From NCBI GenBank assembly GCA_019244185.1, contig JAFATB010000022.1, positions 415,978 to 479,977 on the forward strand: a stretch of 64,000 bases of DNA, read 5' to 3'. This DNA comes from Acidobacteriota bacterium. Its GTDB lineage: Bacteria; Acidobacteriota; Thermoanaerobaculia; Gp7-AA8. Below are positions 62,820 through 64,000 of the stretch, in pieces (position 1 is the stretch's first letter; every line of letters begins with the position of its first letter). Made by a program: the position numbers and the translations under genes. A model generated the notes under the pieces. That model searched no databases. It saw only the letters and a program-made list of their open reading frames with translations, and was not told the DNA's origin.

Positions 62820-64000
62820 GTGCACATCAATGATCTTCTGAAGATTGCGGCCGAGCGAAGAGCGTCCGACCTTCACATCAAAGTCGGCTCGCATCCCGTC
62901 ATCCGCGTCGATGGCGAGCTCGTTCCGCTGGTGGAGCTCAAGCGCCTCATGCAGGAAGACACGATCGCGATGGCGTTCTCGATCATGTCCTCCCGCCAGA
63001 AAGAGAAGTTCAAGAACAACTACGAGATCGACATCGCGTACTCGGTCCCGGGACTCGGCCGCTTCCGCTGCAACATCTTCCAGCAGCGCGGCACGGTCGG
63101 CATGGTCCTCCGCGTCATCCCGGTCAAGATCCTGTCGATCCGCGAGCTGATGCTGCCGACGGTGCTCGAGAAGATCGCCGAGGAGCGCCGCGGTTTGATC
63201 CTGTGCACGGGCACGACCGGCTCCGGCAAGTCGACGACGCTCGCGGCGATGATCGACTACATCAACGCGCATCGCACGGAGCACATCATGACGGTCGAGG
63301 ATCCGATCGAGTTCCTCCACCGCGACAAGAAGTCGATCGTCAACCAGCGCGAGGTCGAGGTCGACACGAAGTCGTTCTCGCAGGCGCTGCGCAGCGCGCT
63401 CCGCCAGGATCCCGACGTCATCCTCGTCGGCGAAATGCGCGACTACGAGACGATCGAGACCGCGCTCACCGCCGCGGAAACCGGCCACCTCGTGCTCTCG
63501 ACGCTCCACACGATGGACGCGACCGAGACCGTGAACCGCATCATCTCGGTCTTCCCGCCGCACCAGCAGAAGCAGATCCGCCTGCAGCTCGCGGCCGTGC
63601 TGAAAGCGGTCGTCTCGCTGCGCCTCCTGCCGCGCGCCGACGGCCTGGGCCGCGTGCCCGCGGCGGAGGTGCTCATCTCGACCGCGTACATCCGCGACTG
63701 CATCGAGAACAAAGAGAAGACGAAGCTCATCAAGGACGCCATCGCGCAGGGCACGTCGCAGTACGGCATGCAGACGTTCGATCAGTCGCTGTTCGTGCTC
63801 TACAAGAATGGGCTGATCACGCTCGACGAGGCGCTCCGCCGTGCGTCGAACCCCGACGAGTTCCGCCTGAAGCTGCAGGGCATCCAGTCGACGTCCGACA
63901 TCTCGCGCGAAGAGATGGACTCGAAGCTCGGAGTCGCCGGCGATGGAACGGCGCAGTCGGCGGATCCGTTCAGCGAAGACTCGCCGTTCGACTTCAGCAA
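62820..64000 (+). CDS. pilT: Type IV pilus retraction ATPase PilT; runs off the right edge
   Basis: Not in the ORF track. GTG 62820 gives MHINDLL..ASDLH, GTTGSGKST, EDPIE, LRQDPDVILVGEMRD, ETGHLVLSTLH, GMQTFDQ. Confidence 0.95.
   Translation, partial: MHINDLLKIAAERRASDLHIKVGSHPVIRVDGELVPLVELKRLMQEDTIAMAFSIMSSRQKEKFKNNYEIDIAYSVPGLGRFRCNIFQQRGTVGMVLRVIPVKILSIRELMLPTVLEKIAEERRGLILCTGTTGSGKSTTLAAMIDYINAHRTEHIMTVEDPIEFLHRDKKSIVNQREVEVDTKSFSQALRSALRQDPDVILVGEMRDYETIETALTAAETGHLVLSTLHTMDATETVNRIISVFPPHQQKQIRLQLAAVLKAVVSLRLLPRADGLGRVPAAEVLISTAYIRDCIENKEKTKLIKDAIAQGTSQYGMQTFDQSLFVLYKNGLITLDEALRRASNPDEFRLKLQGIQSTSDISREEMDSKLGVAGDGTAQSADPFSEDSPFDFS

Overview
High-GC bacterial chromosomal window. Gene content (two DUF885 proteins, BNR-repeat hydrolase, M16 pair, BlaI/M56, DUF5916) suggests Acidobacteriota, possibly Thermoanaerobaculia; this is an inference. 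It holds about 60 CDS and one tRNA, and I saw no rRNA, CRISPR array, transposase or prophage. Main blocks: (i) secreted peptidases and hydrolases; (ii) a frameshifted FIST plus hybrid-kinase region (6.3-9.2 kb); (iii) a tRNA-His - hisS - hutH unit; (iv) a 13-kb signalling island with a sigma-54 activator divergent from two small unknown proteins, a REC-like protein, REC-EAL, GGDEF, PilZ, a NarX/NarL-like pair and two PAS kinases; (v) a REC - KaiC-like ATPase - hybrid kinase operon; (vi) BlaI plus M56-STN, a degenerate Mrr-like protein and pilT at the right edge. The best candidate for an undescribed system is (iii): the tRNA lacks the usual G-1:C73 identity element (it has U-1, G1:U72, A73), the HisRS resembles the Caulobacter/Rhizobiales type, and a histidine ammonia-lyase overlaps its stop codon. 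Other notable signals are TANNNT boxes 6-11 nt before starts that lack an SD, several sigma-54 promoters before stress-type genes, a CTG-initiated Fpg and a stand-alone EF-Tu domain-III-like protein. All family calls come from reading motifs by eye; no database search was run.
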